Positions 1-11,286 of a stretch of DNA of 64,000 bases are shown piece after piece (the stretch's first letter is position 1; every line of letters begins with the position of its first letter). Under the pieces are notes generated by a model. That model did not search any database and had not been told where the DNA came from. It was given only the letters and a program-made list of their open reading frames with translations. Source of the DNA: Escherichia coli. Its GTDB lineage: Bacteria > Pseudomonadota > Gammaproteobacteria > Enterobacterales > Enterobacteriaceae. The stretch lies in NCBI RefSeq assembly GCF_022846255.1, contig NZ_AP025682.1; one strand, written 5' to 3'. Both the position numbers and the translations under genes were made by a program.

Positions 1-1
1 C

Positions 2-1114
<1,113 letters not shown>

Positions 1115-1115
1115 G

Positions 1116-1334
1116 ATGGAAAAAGAGCAGCTGATTGAAATAGCCAATACGATAATGCCGTTTGGCAAGTACAAAGGGCGTCGCTTAATCGACCTGCCGG
1201 AGGAGTATCTGCTGTGGTTTGCCCGCAAAGATGAGTTCCCGGCAGGGAAGCTCGGTGAGCTAATGCAAATCACGCTGCTGATTAAAACCGAGGGGCTGAC
1301 GCAACTGGTCCAGCCCCTGAAGCGTCCGCTTTAA
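1116..1334 (+). CDS. ypeB: small conserved protein YpeB (72 aa)
   Basis: ATG at 1116 two bases after the ligA stop; track ORF 1023..1334 trimmed to this internal Met; position matches K-12. Confidence 0.7.
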   Translation: MEKEQLIEIANTIMPFGKYKGRRLIDLPEEYLLWFARKDEFPAGKLGELMQITLLIKTEGLTQLVQPLKRPL

Positions 1335-2329
1335 GCTTTATCGGCGCTGCTTTCCTGCTGCGCCTGTAACTGTTCGGTCTGGCGTTTGTATCGACGCGCC
1401 AGCACCGCACAGACCATCAATTGGATCTGATGGAAAATCATCAGGGGCAGCACCATCATACCGATCACCGATGTGGGGAACAGAATGTTTGCCATCGGGA
1501 TGCCATTTGCCAGACTCTTTTTCGAACCACAAAAGACGATAGTAATTTCATCTGCCTTATTGAAGCCCAGTCGGCGTGCCATAAAGACGTTAACTACAAT
1601 CACGATAGCCAGAAGAACGCAACTGACCACCACGATAAACAGCAATGATCCCCAGCCAACTTTGTGCCAGATACCGTTAACGACGGCTTCGCTGAATGCC
1701 GTATAAACCACCAACAGAATGGACGTCTGGTCAGTTTTCGCAATCCATTTTTTATTACGCGACACCCAGTCACCAATCCACGGCCGGGAAAGATGCCCCA
1801 ACACAAATGGCAGCAACAGTTGCAGCATAATTTTACCGACCTGCTCAAGGCTGCCCCCTGCACCGTGAACATTCATCACCAGACCAACCAGCAATGGTGA
1901 AAGGAAAATCCCCAGCAGGCTGGATGCTGACGCAGAACAAACCGCCGCCGCGACGTTACCGCCCGCCATTGACGTGAAGGCGATTGCAGACTGCACGGTC
2001 GCGGGGAGAATGCACAAGTAGAGAAAACCGGAGTAGAGCATCGGGTCGACATTTACCGGTTTCCACCAGGCAAACAGCACGCCCAGAATCGGAAACAGCA
2101 CGAAGGTGCTGCACATTACCCACAAATGCAGTCGCCAGTGACCACCGCCAGCAATAATCGCCTCACGCGACAACTTCGCGCCGTGCATAAAGAACAGCAG
2201 AGCAATCGCTGCAGTGGTCAGATTTTCAAAGAAGGGGACGAAATCGCCTCTGGCCGGAAAGAAAGAGGCCAGCAACACCACCGTGATCAGGGTTAAGGTG
2301 AAAGGATCGAGGATACGAAAAAGTTTCAT
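1331..2329 (-). CDS. yfeH: inner membrane transporter, bile acid:sodium symporter-like family
   Basis: 332-aa polytopic membrane ORF; length and position match K-12 yfeH. Confidence 0.8.
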   Translation of the reverse strand: MKLFRILDPFTLTLITVVLLASFFPARGDFVPFFENLTTAAIALLFFMHGAKLSREAIIAGGGHWRLHLWVMCSTFVLFPILGVLFAWWKPVNVDPMLYSGFLYLCILPATVQSAIAFTSMAGGNVAAAVCSASASSLLGIFLSPLLVGLVMNVHGAGGSLEQVGKIMLQLLLPFVLGHLSRPWIGDWVSRNKKWIAKTDQTSILLVVYTAFSEAVVNGIWHKVGWGSLLFIVVVSCVLLAIVIVVNVFMARRLGFNKADEITIVFCGSKKSLANGIPMANILFPTSVIGMMVLPLMIFHQIQLMVCAVLARRYKRQTEQLQAQQESSADKA

Positions 2330-2418
2330 AAAGACTCCAGATGATCGATGGTTCTATTGTGCTTCTTCCAGTTTGAGAAATAAAATTGATTTATTGCATC
2401 CATTCATGAAAAAAACAG

Positions 2419-3345
2419 ATGAATTATTCTTTAAAGCAATTAAAGGTTTTCGTCACAGTAGCGCAGGAGAAAAGTTTTAGTCGTGCAGGAGAGCGTATCG
2501 GCCTGAGCCAGTCGGCAGTGAGTCACAGTGTGAAGGAGCTGGAAAATCATACTGGTGTTCGCCTGCTGGACAGAACCACGCGTGAAGTGGTGCTTACAGA
2601 TGCAGGGCAGCAGTTGGCTTTGCGTCTTGAGCGACTGCTGGATGAACTTAACAGCACGTTGCGCGATACCGGGCGTATGGGGCAACAACTGAGCGGAAAA
2701 GTTCGGGTCGCTGCCAGCCAGACCATTTCCGCGCATCTTATTCCGCAATGCATTGCTGAAAGCCATCGCCGCTATCCAGATATTCAGTTTGTCCTGCACG
2801 ATCGTCCGCAGCAGTGGGTGATGGAAAGTATTCGCCAGGGAGATGTCGATTTTGGCATCGTCATCGATCCAGGCCCAGTGGGCGATCTGCAATGTGAAGC
2901 GATTCTTTCCGAGCCTTTCTTTCTGCTTTGCCATCGCGATAGCGCTTTGGCCGTGGAAGATTATGTCCCCTGGCAGGCATTACAGGGAGCGAAATTGGTG
3001 TTGCAGGATTACGCGTCAGGCAGCCGACCGCTGATTGACGCAGCGCTGGCGCGCAACGGTATTCAGGCGAATATTGTGCAGGAGATTGGTCATCCGGCGA
3101 CGCTGTTCCCGATGGTAGCCGCAGGCATCGGCATCAGTATTCTTCCCGCACTGGCGCTACCATTGCCTGAAGGTAGCCCACTGGTGGTAAAGCGCATTAC
3201 GCCAGTGGTTGAACGCCAGTTGATGCTGGTGCGCAGGAAGAACCGTTCACTTTCCACCGCCGCTGAAGCGTTATGGGACGTAGTACGAGACCAGGGCAAT
3301 GCGCTAATGGCTGGGCGGGAAGGGGATCCGTTGTATCAGATATAG
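2419..3345 (+). CDS. yfeR: LysR-family transcriptional regulator
   Basis: 308-aa ORF with N-terminal HTH ([38 protein letters not shown]); position matches K-12. Confidence 0.85.
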
Positions 3346-3383
3346 AGTGAATTCATACTGCCGGGAGCTCCGGCAGTAATCAA

Positions 3384-4148
3384 TCAGAAATTAAATTTGA
3401 TGGAGTAGATTATCGCATCCTGGTAAAAATCTTCGCCCAGTTTGTCATCCGCATAACGATACTGAATCCCTGTGGTGATGTGTGAAGTTGCATTCCACCA
3501 AAGTGCGACGGCACCGTTCAGACCTTCTTTGCCGCCATTACCTGCCGCGTAGGTGGCATCACGATCAAACTCGTACTCGTTCCAGTTGGTGAGGGTGAAT
3601 TTCTCACTGCCCAGCATAAAGCTGTAACCTGCAACCCAACCGGCGACATAACCGTTATCGCCGGTATAATAGGTTTGGTCTGTATAGCGTTTTGCAAAGA
3701 ACGGTTTGAACCACCAACCGCTGCCGGTGAAATTGTAGCCGATCCCGTAAAGGAACATATCGTCATGGAAATTCACACGATTCGCAGAACCGTAGGTGCC
3801 ATACGCATGCAAGTAGAGATTAAATCCGGTGTCACCCAGGTAAATACGGTTGGTATTTTTAAATGTATAACGCTGCTCGCTACCCGGTTTATCATGACGA
3901 TCATTATAAAAGTTTTCCCAGTCGAAGAACCCGTACATTTCTCCCCAACTAAAGTTAGCGCCGCCTTCCAGTTCCAGATATCCAAAATCATCTTTGTGTG
4001 ATTTGGTCGACGATTTCTCAGTGGTTCTGCTAGTCCAGTCAAGATAATGAATACCTATATCAGCAAAACCGCCTTTAAATTCTGCATGGGATACTGCTGG
4101 TATCGCCAATACAGAAGAGAGTGTCAGAGTAAAAAGATGTTTTTTCAT
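3384..4148 (-). CDS. yfeN: outer membrane protein, Tsx-like nucleoside channel family (254 aa)
   Basis: Start placed at internal Met giving signal peptide MKKHLFTLTLSSVLAIPAVSHA; C-terminal aromatic residue typical of beta-barrels; lies beside the xap genes. Confidence 0.7.
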   Translation of the reverse strand: MKKHLFTLTLSSVLAIPAVSHAEFKGGFADIGIHYLDWTSRTTEKSSTKSHKDDFGYLELEGGANFSWGEMYGFFDWENFYNDRHDKPGSEQRYTFKNTNRIYLGDTGFNLYLHAYGTYGSANRVNFHDDMFLYGIGYNFTGSGWWFKPFFAKRYTDQTYYTGDNGYVAGWVAGYSFMLGSEKFTLTNWNEYEFDRDATYAAGNGGKEGLNGAVALWWNATSHITTGIQYRYADDKLGEDFYQDAIIYSIKFNF

Positions 4149-4395
4149 AGCATAATTCCCTATGCCGATCGTTATTAGTTGATTGCTTAATAAAAGGTTG
4201 ATTAAAAGCGGCATATTGTTAATGCAAGGGAAAGGAGAGTACCAATACAGTTTTTTCAGCCTATTAATAGTGAAAAAATATAAATATATCGATATCGAAT
4301 AACTATCGGATACATGAAAAAAGTGTATTGGTATGAGGTAGGGCAATCTCGTTATAAAAAGGCGTTAGATTCCACCCTACAAAAAAAGGATATAT

Positions 4396-5229
4396 ATGTA
4401 TCAGGCTCAGTTTTCTCATAACCCACTGTATTGCGTAGATATTATCAAGACTTATAAACCTGATTTCACGCCACGAGTGGCCTTTATTTTAGGTTCCGGG
4501 CTGGGCGCGCTGGCCGATCAGATTGAGAACGCGGTCGCAATTTCCTACGAAAAGCTGCCTGGGTTCCCGGTAAGTACCGTACACGGTCATGCGGGTGAGC
4601 TGGTGCTGGGTTATCTCCAGGGGGTGCCAGTGGCGTGTATGAAAGGTCGCGGACATTTCTACGAAGGTCGTGGGATGACCATCATGACGGATGCAATCCG
4701 TACCTTTAAGTTGCTGGGCTGCGAGTTGCTGTTCTGCACCAATGCGGCTGGCTCACTGCGCCCTGAAGTGGGGGCCGGCAGTCTGGTCGCATTGAAAGAT
4801 CACATCAACACCATGCCGGGAACGCCGATGGTGGGTCTTAATGATGAACGTTTTGGTGAGCGCTTCTTCTCGCTGGCGAATGCCTACGATGCGGAATACC
4901 GCGCACTGTTACAAAAAGTGGCGAAAGAAGAGGGGTTCCCTCTGACGGAGGGCGTGTTCGTCTCGTATCCGGGGCCGAATTTCGAGACTGCGGCGGAAAT
5001 TCGCATGATGCAAATTATTGGTGGGGATGTTGTTGGTATGTCTGTGGTGCCTGAGGTTATTTCAGCTCGCCATTGCGAACTTAAAGTCGTTGCGGTCTCT
5101 GCGATTACCAACATGGCGGAAGGTCTGAGTGACGTGAAGCTTTCTCATGCCCAAACGCTGGCAGCAGCGGAACTCTCAAAGCAAAACTTTATTAATCTTA
5201 TTTGCGGCTTTCTGCGCAAAATTGCCTGA
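4396..5229 (+). CDS. xapA: purine nucleoside phosphorylase II (xanthosine phosphorylase)
   Basis: 277-aa ORF with PNP-family motifs; xapA-xapB-xapR order. Confidence 0.9.
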   Translation: MYQAQFSHNPLYCVDIIKTYKPDFTPRVAFILGSGLGALADQIENAVAISYEKLPGFPVSTVHGHAGELVLGYLQGVPVACMKGRGHFYEGRGMTIMTDAIRTFKLLGCELLFCTNAAGSLRPEVGAGSLVALKDHINTMPGTPMVGLNDERFGERFFSLANAYDAEYRALLQKVAKEEGFPLTEGVFVSYPGPNFETAAEIRMMQIIGGDVVGMSVVPEVISARHCELKVVAVSAITNMAEGLSDVKLSHAQTLAAAELSKQNFINLICGFLRKIA

Positions 5230-5289
5230 GTAAAACAACAATAAACGGCCTTACTGAGTGAGGCCATATGATGCGACAAGGAAACGATT

Positions 5290-6546
5290 ATGAGCATCGC
5301 TTTGCGCTTAAAGGTAATGTCCTTTTTGCAATATTTTATCTGGGGGAGCTGGCTGGTTACCCTCGGTTCTTACATGATTAATACCCTTCATTTCACCGGC
5401 GCTAATGTTGGCATGGTTTACAGTTCCAAAGGGATCGCCGCGATTATTATGCCTGGTATAATGGGGATCATCGCAGACAAATGGCTGCGTGCAGAACGTG
5501 CATACATGCTGTGTCACCTGGTGTGTGCGGGCGTACTTTTTTATGCGGCATCCGTAACTGATCCGGATATGATGTTTTGGGTGATGTTAGTCAATGCGAT
5601 GGCGTTTATGCCGACTATTGCGTTATCGAACAGCGTCTCTTATTCCTGTCTTGCCCAGGCAGGGCTTGACCCGGTGACCGCTTTCCCGCCCATTCGCGTT
5701 TTTGGTACGGTGGGGTTCATTGTCGCCATGTGGGCAGTAAGCTTGCTGCATCTGGAATTGAGTAGTCTGCAACTGTATATCGCGTCCGGTGCGTCATTGC
5801 TGCTGTCGGCTTATGCGCTGACTTTGCCGAAGATTCCGGTTGCGGAGAAAAAAGCGACTACATCGCTTGCCAGCAAGCTGGGTCTGGATGCCTTCGTGCT
5901 GTTTAAAAATCCACGCATGGCTATCTTTTTTCTCTTCGCCATGATGCTGGGTGCGGTGCTGCAAATTACCAACGTTTTTGGCAACCCGTTCCTGCATGAT
6001 TTCGCCCGTAATCCTGAGTTTGCTGATAGCTTCGTGGTGAAATATCCGTCCATTTTACTGTCAGTTTCACAGATGGCTGAAGTCGGTTTCATTCTGACGA
6101 TACCGTTCTTTTTGAAGCGTTTCGGTATTAAAACCGTCATGCTGATGAGTATGGTGGCGTGGACGCTGCGCTTTGGCTTCTTTGCCTATGGCGATCCATC
6201 ACCAACCGGGTTTATTTTGCTGTTGCTGTCGATGATTGTTTACGGTTGTGCATTCGATTTCTTCAATATTTCTGGTTCGGTCTTTGTCGAACAGGAAGTT
6301 GATTCCAGCATTCGTGCCAGCGCCCAGGGCCTTTTTATGACGATGGTAAATGGCGTCGGCGCATGGGTTGGCTCGATTCTGAGCGGTATGGCAGTGGATT
6401 ACTTCTCGGTGGATGGCGTAAAAGATTGGCATACCATTTGGCTGATGTTTGCAGGGTATGCTCTTTTCCTCGCAGTGATATTTTTCTTTGGGTTTAAATA
6501 TAACCATGACCCTGAAAAGATAACGCATCGTTCAGTTACACATTAA
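5290..6546 (+). CDS. xapB: xanthosine/nucleoside:H+ symporter (MFS, NHS family)
   Basis: 418-aa polytopic membrane ORF directly downstream of xapA. Confidence 0.88.
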   Translation: MSIALRLKVMSFLQYFIWGSWLVTLGSYMINTLHFTGANVGMVYSSKGIAAIIMPGIMGIIADKWLRAERAYMLCHLVCAGVLFYAASVTDPDMMFWVMLVNAMAFMPTIALSNSVSYSCLAQAGLDPVTAFPPIRVFGTVGFIVAMWAVSLLHLELSSLQLYIASGASLLLSAYALTLPKIPVAEKKATTSLASKLGLDAFVLFKNPRMAIFFLFAMMLGAVLQITNVFGNPFLHDFARNPEFADSFVVKYPSILLSVSQMAEVGFILTIPFFLKRFGIKTVMLMSMVAWTLRFGFFAYGDPSPTGFILLLLSMIVYGCAFDFFNISGSVFVEQEVDSSIRASAQGLFMTMVNGVGAWVGSILSGMAVDYFSVDGVKDWHTIWLMFAGYALFLAVIFFFGFKYNHDPEKITHRSVTH

Positions 6547-6598
6547 AAGGATTCGCAGCTCTGTTCCTTGGGGCTGCTTTTATGATAAAGGTTAATTA

Positions 6599-6757
6599 GT
6601 GAAAGATATTTTATTTTCTTCTGGCGTTGGTTTTGGCATTGGTGCTTTGTTTACAATCGTGCGATTACCTATTCCTGTTCCAAATGTATTGCCGGGTATA
6701 TTATCCATCGTGTTTATGTATGTCGGATATCTGGTGGTGAAATACTTTATGCCATGA
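6599..6757 (+). CDS. hypothetical small hydrophobic protein (52 aa, GTG start)
   Basis: Open frame encoding VKDILFSSGVGFGIGALFTIVRLPIPVPNVLPGILSIVFMYVGYLVVKYFMP; below the 60-aa track cutoff; no homology support. Confidence 0.2.
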   Translation: MKDILFSSGVGFGIGALFTIVRLPIPVPNVLPGILSIVFMYVGYLVVKYFMP

Positions 6758-6797
6758 TAATTTAATACGATATATTTTTTATATGGAGCACTTAATT

Positions 6798-7682
6798 ATG
6801 GAACGCGTATATAGAACAGATCTTAAGTTGCTCCGTTATTTTCTTGCCGTAGCGGAAGAGTTGCATTTTGGTCGCGCAGCAGCGCGTTTAAATATGTCTC
6901 AGCCTCCGCTCAGTATTCATATTAAAGAGCTGGAAAATCAACTCGGCACGCAGCTTTTTATTCGCCATTCGCGCAGCGTCGTACTGACACACGCGGGCAA
7001 AATCTTGATGGAAGAATCGCGTCGATTGCTGGTGAATGCAAATAATGTATTGGCTCGGGTTGAACAAATAGGTCGGGGAGAAGCAGGGCGGATTGAACTC
7101 GGGGTTGTGGGAACGGCAATGTGGGGACGGATGCGCCCGGTTATGCGGCGATTCCTTAGAGAAAATCCTAACGTTGAAGTTCTGTTTCGCGAAAAGATGC
7201 CTGCGATGCAAATGGCCTTGCTGGAACGCCGCGAACTTGATGCCGGGATCTGGCGAATGGCGACAGAACCACCGACTGGTTTTACCAGCTTACGGTTGCA
7301 TGAATCGGCGTTTCTGGTGGCGATGCCTGAAGAGCATCATCTCTCATCATTTTCCACCGTCCCGCTGGAAGCGCTACGTGACGAGTATTTCGTTACAATG
7401 CCGCCCGTGTACACTGACTGGGATTTTTTGCAGCGAGTTTGCCAGCAGGTGGGATTTTCACCGGTTGTTATTCGCGAAGTTAATGAACCGCAAACGGTAC
7501 TCGCCATGGTCAGTATGGGTATTGGTATCACATTGATAGCGGACAGCTACGCGCAGATGAACTGGCCCGGTGTCATATTCCGTCCGCTCAAAGAACGCAT
7601 CCCGGCAGACTTATATATTGTTTATGAAACGCAGCAGGTGACGCCCGCGCTGGTTAAACTGCTAGCGGCGTTGGCGCAGTAG
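6798..7682 (+). CDS. xapR: LysR-family activator of the xapAB operon
   Basis: Track ORF 6783..7682 trimmed to Met-6 to give 294 aa; LysR HTH at N-terminus. Confidence 0.85.
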   Translation: MERVYRTDLKLLRYFLAVAEELHFGRAAARLNMSQPPLSIHIKELENQLGTQLFIRHSRSVVLTHAGKILMEESRRLLVNANNVLARVEQIGRGEAGRIELGVVGTAMWGRMRPVMRRFLRENPNVEVLFREKMPAMQMALLERRELDAGIWRMATEPPTGFTSLRLHESAFLVAMPEEHHLSSFSTVPLEALRDEYFVTMPPVYTDWDFLQRVCQQVGFSPVVIREVNEPQTVLAMVSMGIGITLIADSYAQMNWPGVIFRPLKERIPADLYIVYETQQVTPALVKLLAALAQ

Positions 7683-7766
7683 ATGAGAGGCACGGGAACT
7701 GCCGGACATAGTTGGTCTGATAAGCGAAGCGCATCAGGCAATTTCGCAAATTGCAGATAGCAAAAA

Positions 7767-7789
7767 AGCGCCTTTAGGGCGCTTTTTTA
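7767..7789. terminator. bidirectional rho-independent terminator (GC hairpin agcgcctttagggcgct flanked by A- and T-tracts)
   Basis: Inverted repeat with T-run on + strand and A-run upstream; lies between xapR and the convergent tRNA operon. Confidence 0.6.
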
Positions 7790-7792
7790 CAT

Positions 7793-7868
7793 TGGTGGGT
7801 CGTGCAGGATTCGAACCTGCGACCAATTGATTAAAAGTCAACTGCTCTACCAACTGAGCTAACGACCC
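7793..7868 (-). tRNA. lysV: tRNA-Lys (UUU)
   Basis: Reverse complement reads a 76-nt tRNA with anticodon loop CTTTTAA and 3' CCA. Confidence 0.9.
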
Positions 7869-7872
7869 GAAG

Positions 7873-7948
7873 TGGTGGGTGATGACGGGATCGAACCGCC
7901 GACCCCCTCCTTGTAAGGGAGGTGCTCTCCCAGCTGAGCTAATCACCC
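7873..7948 (-). tRNA. valY: tRNA-Val (UAC)
   Basis: 76-nt tRNA on minus strand; anticodon loop CTTACAA; one of three identical copies. Confidence 0.9.
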
Positions 7949-7994
7949 ACTTCGGTACTTCACATTGTTACAAGAAATCTAGCTGGCGAGAAAG

Positions 7995-8070
7995 TGGTGG
8001 GTGATGACGGGATCGAACCGCCGACCCCCTCCTTGTAAGGGAGGTGCTCTCCCAGCTGAGCTAATCACCC
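7995..8070 (-). tRNA. valX: tRNA-Val (UAC)
   Basis: Identical 76-nt copy. Confidence 0.9.
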
Positions 8071-8114
8071 ACTTCTCAATTTCTTGCTACACGGCGGAGA
8101 CTACATAAAGTAGT

Positions 8115-8190
8115 TGGTGGGTGATGACGGGATCGAACCGCCGACCCCCTCCTTGTAAGGGAGGTGCTCTCCCAGCTGAGCTAATCACCC
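8115..8190 (-). tRNA. valU: tRNA-Val (UAC)
   Basis: Identical 76-nt copy, first gene of the minus-strand tRNA operon. Confidence 0.9.
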
Positions 8191-8207
8191 CCGCTGTGTG
8201 GAGTCGC

Positions 8208-8235
8208 ATTATAGGGAGAGTTCAAAATGAGTCAA
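8208..8235 (-). promoter_or_regulatory. sigma70 promoter of the tRNA-Val/Lys operon (-35 TTGACT, 16-bp spacer, -10 TATAAT)
   Basis: Minus strand reads TTGACT-N16-TATAAT about 18 bp upstream of the first tRNA. Confidence 0.6.
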
Positions 8236-8448
8236 CGCATTTTCTAAAGAAATTGTTCGTTCGTCGTAAATTTAAGCAAGATGATCGCAAAACAGACCGT
8301 GTTGCGCAATTTGTCAACGAAAACAATAATGCGTAAGGTTGCAACCCGAACTACATTGAGGAATCAGGCGGGAGTGATAGAATATCGCCCACTCAATTTT
8401 TCCAGGATTTGCCGGTTGTCGGCATCTTTCTAAACGTAAGGCCATTTC

Positions 8449-9864
8449 ATGAAAATCAAAACTCGCTTCGCGCCAAGCCCAACAGGCTATCTGCACGTTG
8501 GCGGCGCGCGTACTGCTCTTTACTCCTGGCTTTTTGCACGTAACCACGGCGGTGAGTTCGTGCTGCGTATTGAAGACACCGATCTTGAGCGTTCCACGCC
8601 GGAAGCTATCGAAGCCATTATGGATGGCATGAACTGGCTGAGCCTGGAGTGGGATGAAGGTCCGTACTACCAGACCAAACGTTTTGATCGCTACAACGCG
8701 GTGATCGATCAGATGCTGGAAGAGGGCACAGCTTATAAATGCTATTGCTCTAAAGAGCGCCTGGAAGCGCTGCGCGAAGAGCAAATGGCGAAAGGTGAGA
8801 AGCCGCGTTATGACGGTCGCTGCCGCCACAGTCATGAGCATCACGCTGATGATGAGCCGTGTGTCGTACGTTTTGCTAACCCGCAGGAAGGTTCTGTTGT
8901 TTTTGACGATCAGATCCGTGGTCCGATCGAGTTCAGCAACCAGGAGCTGGATGATCTGATTATCCGCCGTACCGATGGTTCCCCAACCTATAACTTCTGT
9001 GTGGTTGTCGATGACTGGGATATGGAAATCACCCACGTTATCCGTGGCGAAGACCATATCAACAACACGCCGCGCCAGATCAACATTCTTAAAGCACTGA
9101 AAGCGCCGGTACCGGTTTACGCGCACGTTTCTATGATCAACGGCGATGACGGCAAAAAACTGTCCAAACGTCACGGGGCGGTCAGCGTAATGCAGTATCG
9201 TGATGACGGTTATTTGCCAGAAGCACTGCTGAACTATCTGGTGCGTCTGGGCTGGTCCCACGGCGATCAGGAAATCTTCACTCGTGAAGAGATGATCAAA
9301 TACTTCACTCTGAATGCCGTCAGCAAATCTGCCAGTGCGTTCAACACCGACAAGCTGCTGTGGCTGAACCATCACTACATTAACGCGCTGCCGCCGGAGT
9401 ATGTTGCTACTCACTTACAATGGCACATTGAGCAGGAAAATATCGATACCCGTAACGGCCCGCAGCTGGCTGATCTGGTGAAACTGCTGGGCGAACGCTG
9501 CAAGACGCTGAAAGAGATGGCACAGAGCTGCCGTTATTTCTACGAAGATTTTGCTGAGTTCGATGCCGACGCCGCGAAAAAACATCTGCGTCCGGTAGCG
9601 CGTCAGCCGCTGGAAGTGGTTCGTGACAAACTGACTGCGATTACTGACTGGACCGCTGAAAACGTTCATCACGCTATTCAGGCGACGGCGGATGAGCTGG
9701 AAGTGGGTATGGGTAAAGTTGGTATGCCGCTGCGTGTCGCCGTAACCGGTGCGGGGCAGTCTCCGGCGCTGGATGTTACCGTTCACGCAATCGGTAAGAC
9801 CCGCAGTATCGAGCGTATCAACAAAGCGCTGGCTTTTATTGCTGAACGCGAAAATCAGCAATAA
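8449..9864 (+). CDS. gltX: glutamyl-tRNA synthetase
   Basis: 471-aa ORF with class I aaRS motifs (HVGG, KLSKR). Confidence 0.93.
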
Positions 9865-9882
9865 TTAGCGCATAAAAGATAA

Positions 9883-9912
9883 ACGGCAGGAGAGATACCC
9901 CTGCCGTTTTTT
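9883..9912. terminator. rho-independent terminator between gltX and yfeD
   Basis: Hairpin acggcagg...cctgccgt followed by T-run. Confidence 0.6.
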
Positions 9913-9914
9913 AT

Positions 9915-10307
9915 TTATTCTGATTCATCTATGTCGAGACAAGCAAGGAAATTACGAATTCCTTCGCGTGACAAAAATTGCGCAACTTTTTCCTGCTCAC
10001 TGTGAGTCATGTTGTCTATTGCGCTGATGATTTGCCGATAAGCAGGAGTGCGAATCCCCGGTGCGTATTCGGCAAGGGGTTCTTCGGCTTCCAGAAGCAT
10101 CGGCGTGTTATGGAAGGCTGGCGTGTTCTGAATAAATTCGCAAACTTGCGTATCGACCAGAATAAGTCTGGCACGACCGCCTTTCACGCCGGGAAATTTT
10201 TCCGTTTTCCAGCCTTTTTCTCTGATCCAACGGTTAACAGTTTGTTTAGCCACACCGAGGCATTCAGCCAGTTCTTCGGTGGTCATTTTATTGCGTAATC
10301 TTTTCAT
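9915..10307 (-). CDS. yfeD: putative DNA-binding protein YfeD (130 aa)
   Basis: 130-aa ORF with HTH (LAECLGVAKQTVNRWIREKGW); paralogous to the adjacent ORF. Confidence 0.75.
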   Translation of the reverse strand: MKRLRNKMTTEELAECLGVAKQTVNRWIREKGWKTEKFPGVKGGRARLILVDTQVCEFIQNTPAFHNTPMLLEAEEPLAEYAPGIRTPAYRQIISAIDNMTHSEQEKVAQFLSREGIRNFLACLDIDESE

Positions 10308-10308
10308 A

Positions 10309-10653
10309 TTATTTGCTATCGCGAATCCCTAAGCGTTGTAACAATCCGATAATCCCTTCCCGCAGAAGCAAGGATGTAAACTGTTTTTGTTCAACTGGCG
10401 TCATCTCTTTCGCCAGTGTCACCAGCAATACTTCAAGCGGCGCATCACCAGAAAGGGCTGGCGTTTCTCCCTGACTTTCCGGACGTTCAGCATTGCGAAT
10501 ATATTCACGAACCTGTTCATTGACGTGAACCAGTCGGGCTTTGCCACCCTGGACGCCAGGTTTTGGTGACGTTGTCCAGCCTTCCTTGCGTACCCATTTA
10601 TTAATGGTCTGGCGGCTATAGCCGGTCAGTCTGGCAAGTTCATCTGGTGTCAT
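10309..10653 (-). CDS. yfeC: putative DNA-binding protein YfeC (114 aa)
   Basis: Track ORF 10309..10668 trimmed to Met-6; HTH (LARLTGYSRQTINKWVRKEGW). Confidence 0.7.
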   Translation of the reverse strand: MTPDELARLTGYSRQTINKWVRKEGWTTSPKPGVQGGKARLVHVNEQVREYIRNAERPESQGETPALSGDAPLEVLLVTLAKEMTPVEQKQFTSLLLREGIIGLLQRLGIRDSK

Positions 10654-10827
10654 CCTCTCCTTGAACATAACAATTCCCTGAATGTATGTGGGTCTATTAG
10701 TAGTTCATTTTATAACACCACTTTACATGAAACCGTGACATGAATAACTACTGAATGCGAGCGGTTTTCCAAAATTGTTCATTTGCCTGATTTTTCAGCG
10801 ATTGAAACTACACGTTGCAATTTGCCG

Positions 10828-10856
10828 TTGACACATTCGGGCGGAATTCATATGAT
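10828..10856 (+). promoter_or_regulatory. sigma70 promoter of the tRNA-Ala pair (-35 TTGACA, 17-bp spacer, -10 TATGAT, GC-rich discriminator)
   Basis: Consensus-like hexamers with stringent-type GC-rich discriminator about 30 bp upstream of the first tRNA-Ala. Confidence 0.6.
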
Positions 10857-10888
10857 GCCGCCCGTCAACTCGACAAGCTTTACGTGAC

Positions 10889-10964
<76 letters not shown>

Positions 10965-11003
10965 AATTTTGCACCCAGCAAATTTGGTACGTAAACGCAT
11001 CGT

Positions 11004-11079
<76 letters not shown>

Positions 11080-11090
11080 AATTTCAAACC

Positions 11091-11117
11091 CTCGCTGTAA
11101 AGCGGGGGTTTTTTGTC
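11091..11117 (+). terminator. rho-independent terminator after the tRNA-Ala pair
   Basis: Hairpin ccctcgctgtaaagcggggg followed by TTTTTT. Confidence 0.55.
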
Positions 11118-11286
11118 TCTGCTTTTTGCCGCTTTTGTAATACAGTCTACGTCCGGGTTAGCGCCGCCTGGTGAAAGCATCATTGGATGAAAAATCGGCA
11201 ACAGGCTGGCCCCTGTTTGCTTCGCGATGCGAATAAACTTATTATTTGTGTGCCTGAAAACCCCGATCAGTGAGAGTAGTGTACTC

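Noticed and set aside
7873-8190. Three evenly spaced identical 76-bp repeats, considered as a CRISPR-like array
   Set aside because: Each repeat folds as a complete tRNA-Val and the spacers are ordinary inter-tRNA spacers; no cas genes.
8314-9414. 366-aa minus-strand ORF antisense to gltX
   Set aside because: Overlaps almost the whole glutamyl-tRNA synthetase gene on the opposite strand; composition looks like a GC-skewed shadow frame.
11227-11286. Longer N-terminal extension of pdeA (749-aa frame)
   Set aside because: Met-21 gives the 729-aa length I recall for K-12 PdeA; the extension is probably untranslated leader. The same logic was applied to nupC, xapR, fryB, lpxP, yfdE, dsdC and yfeN.
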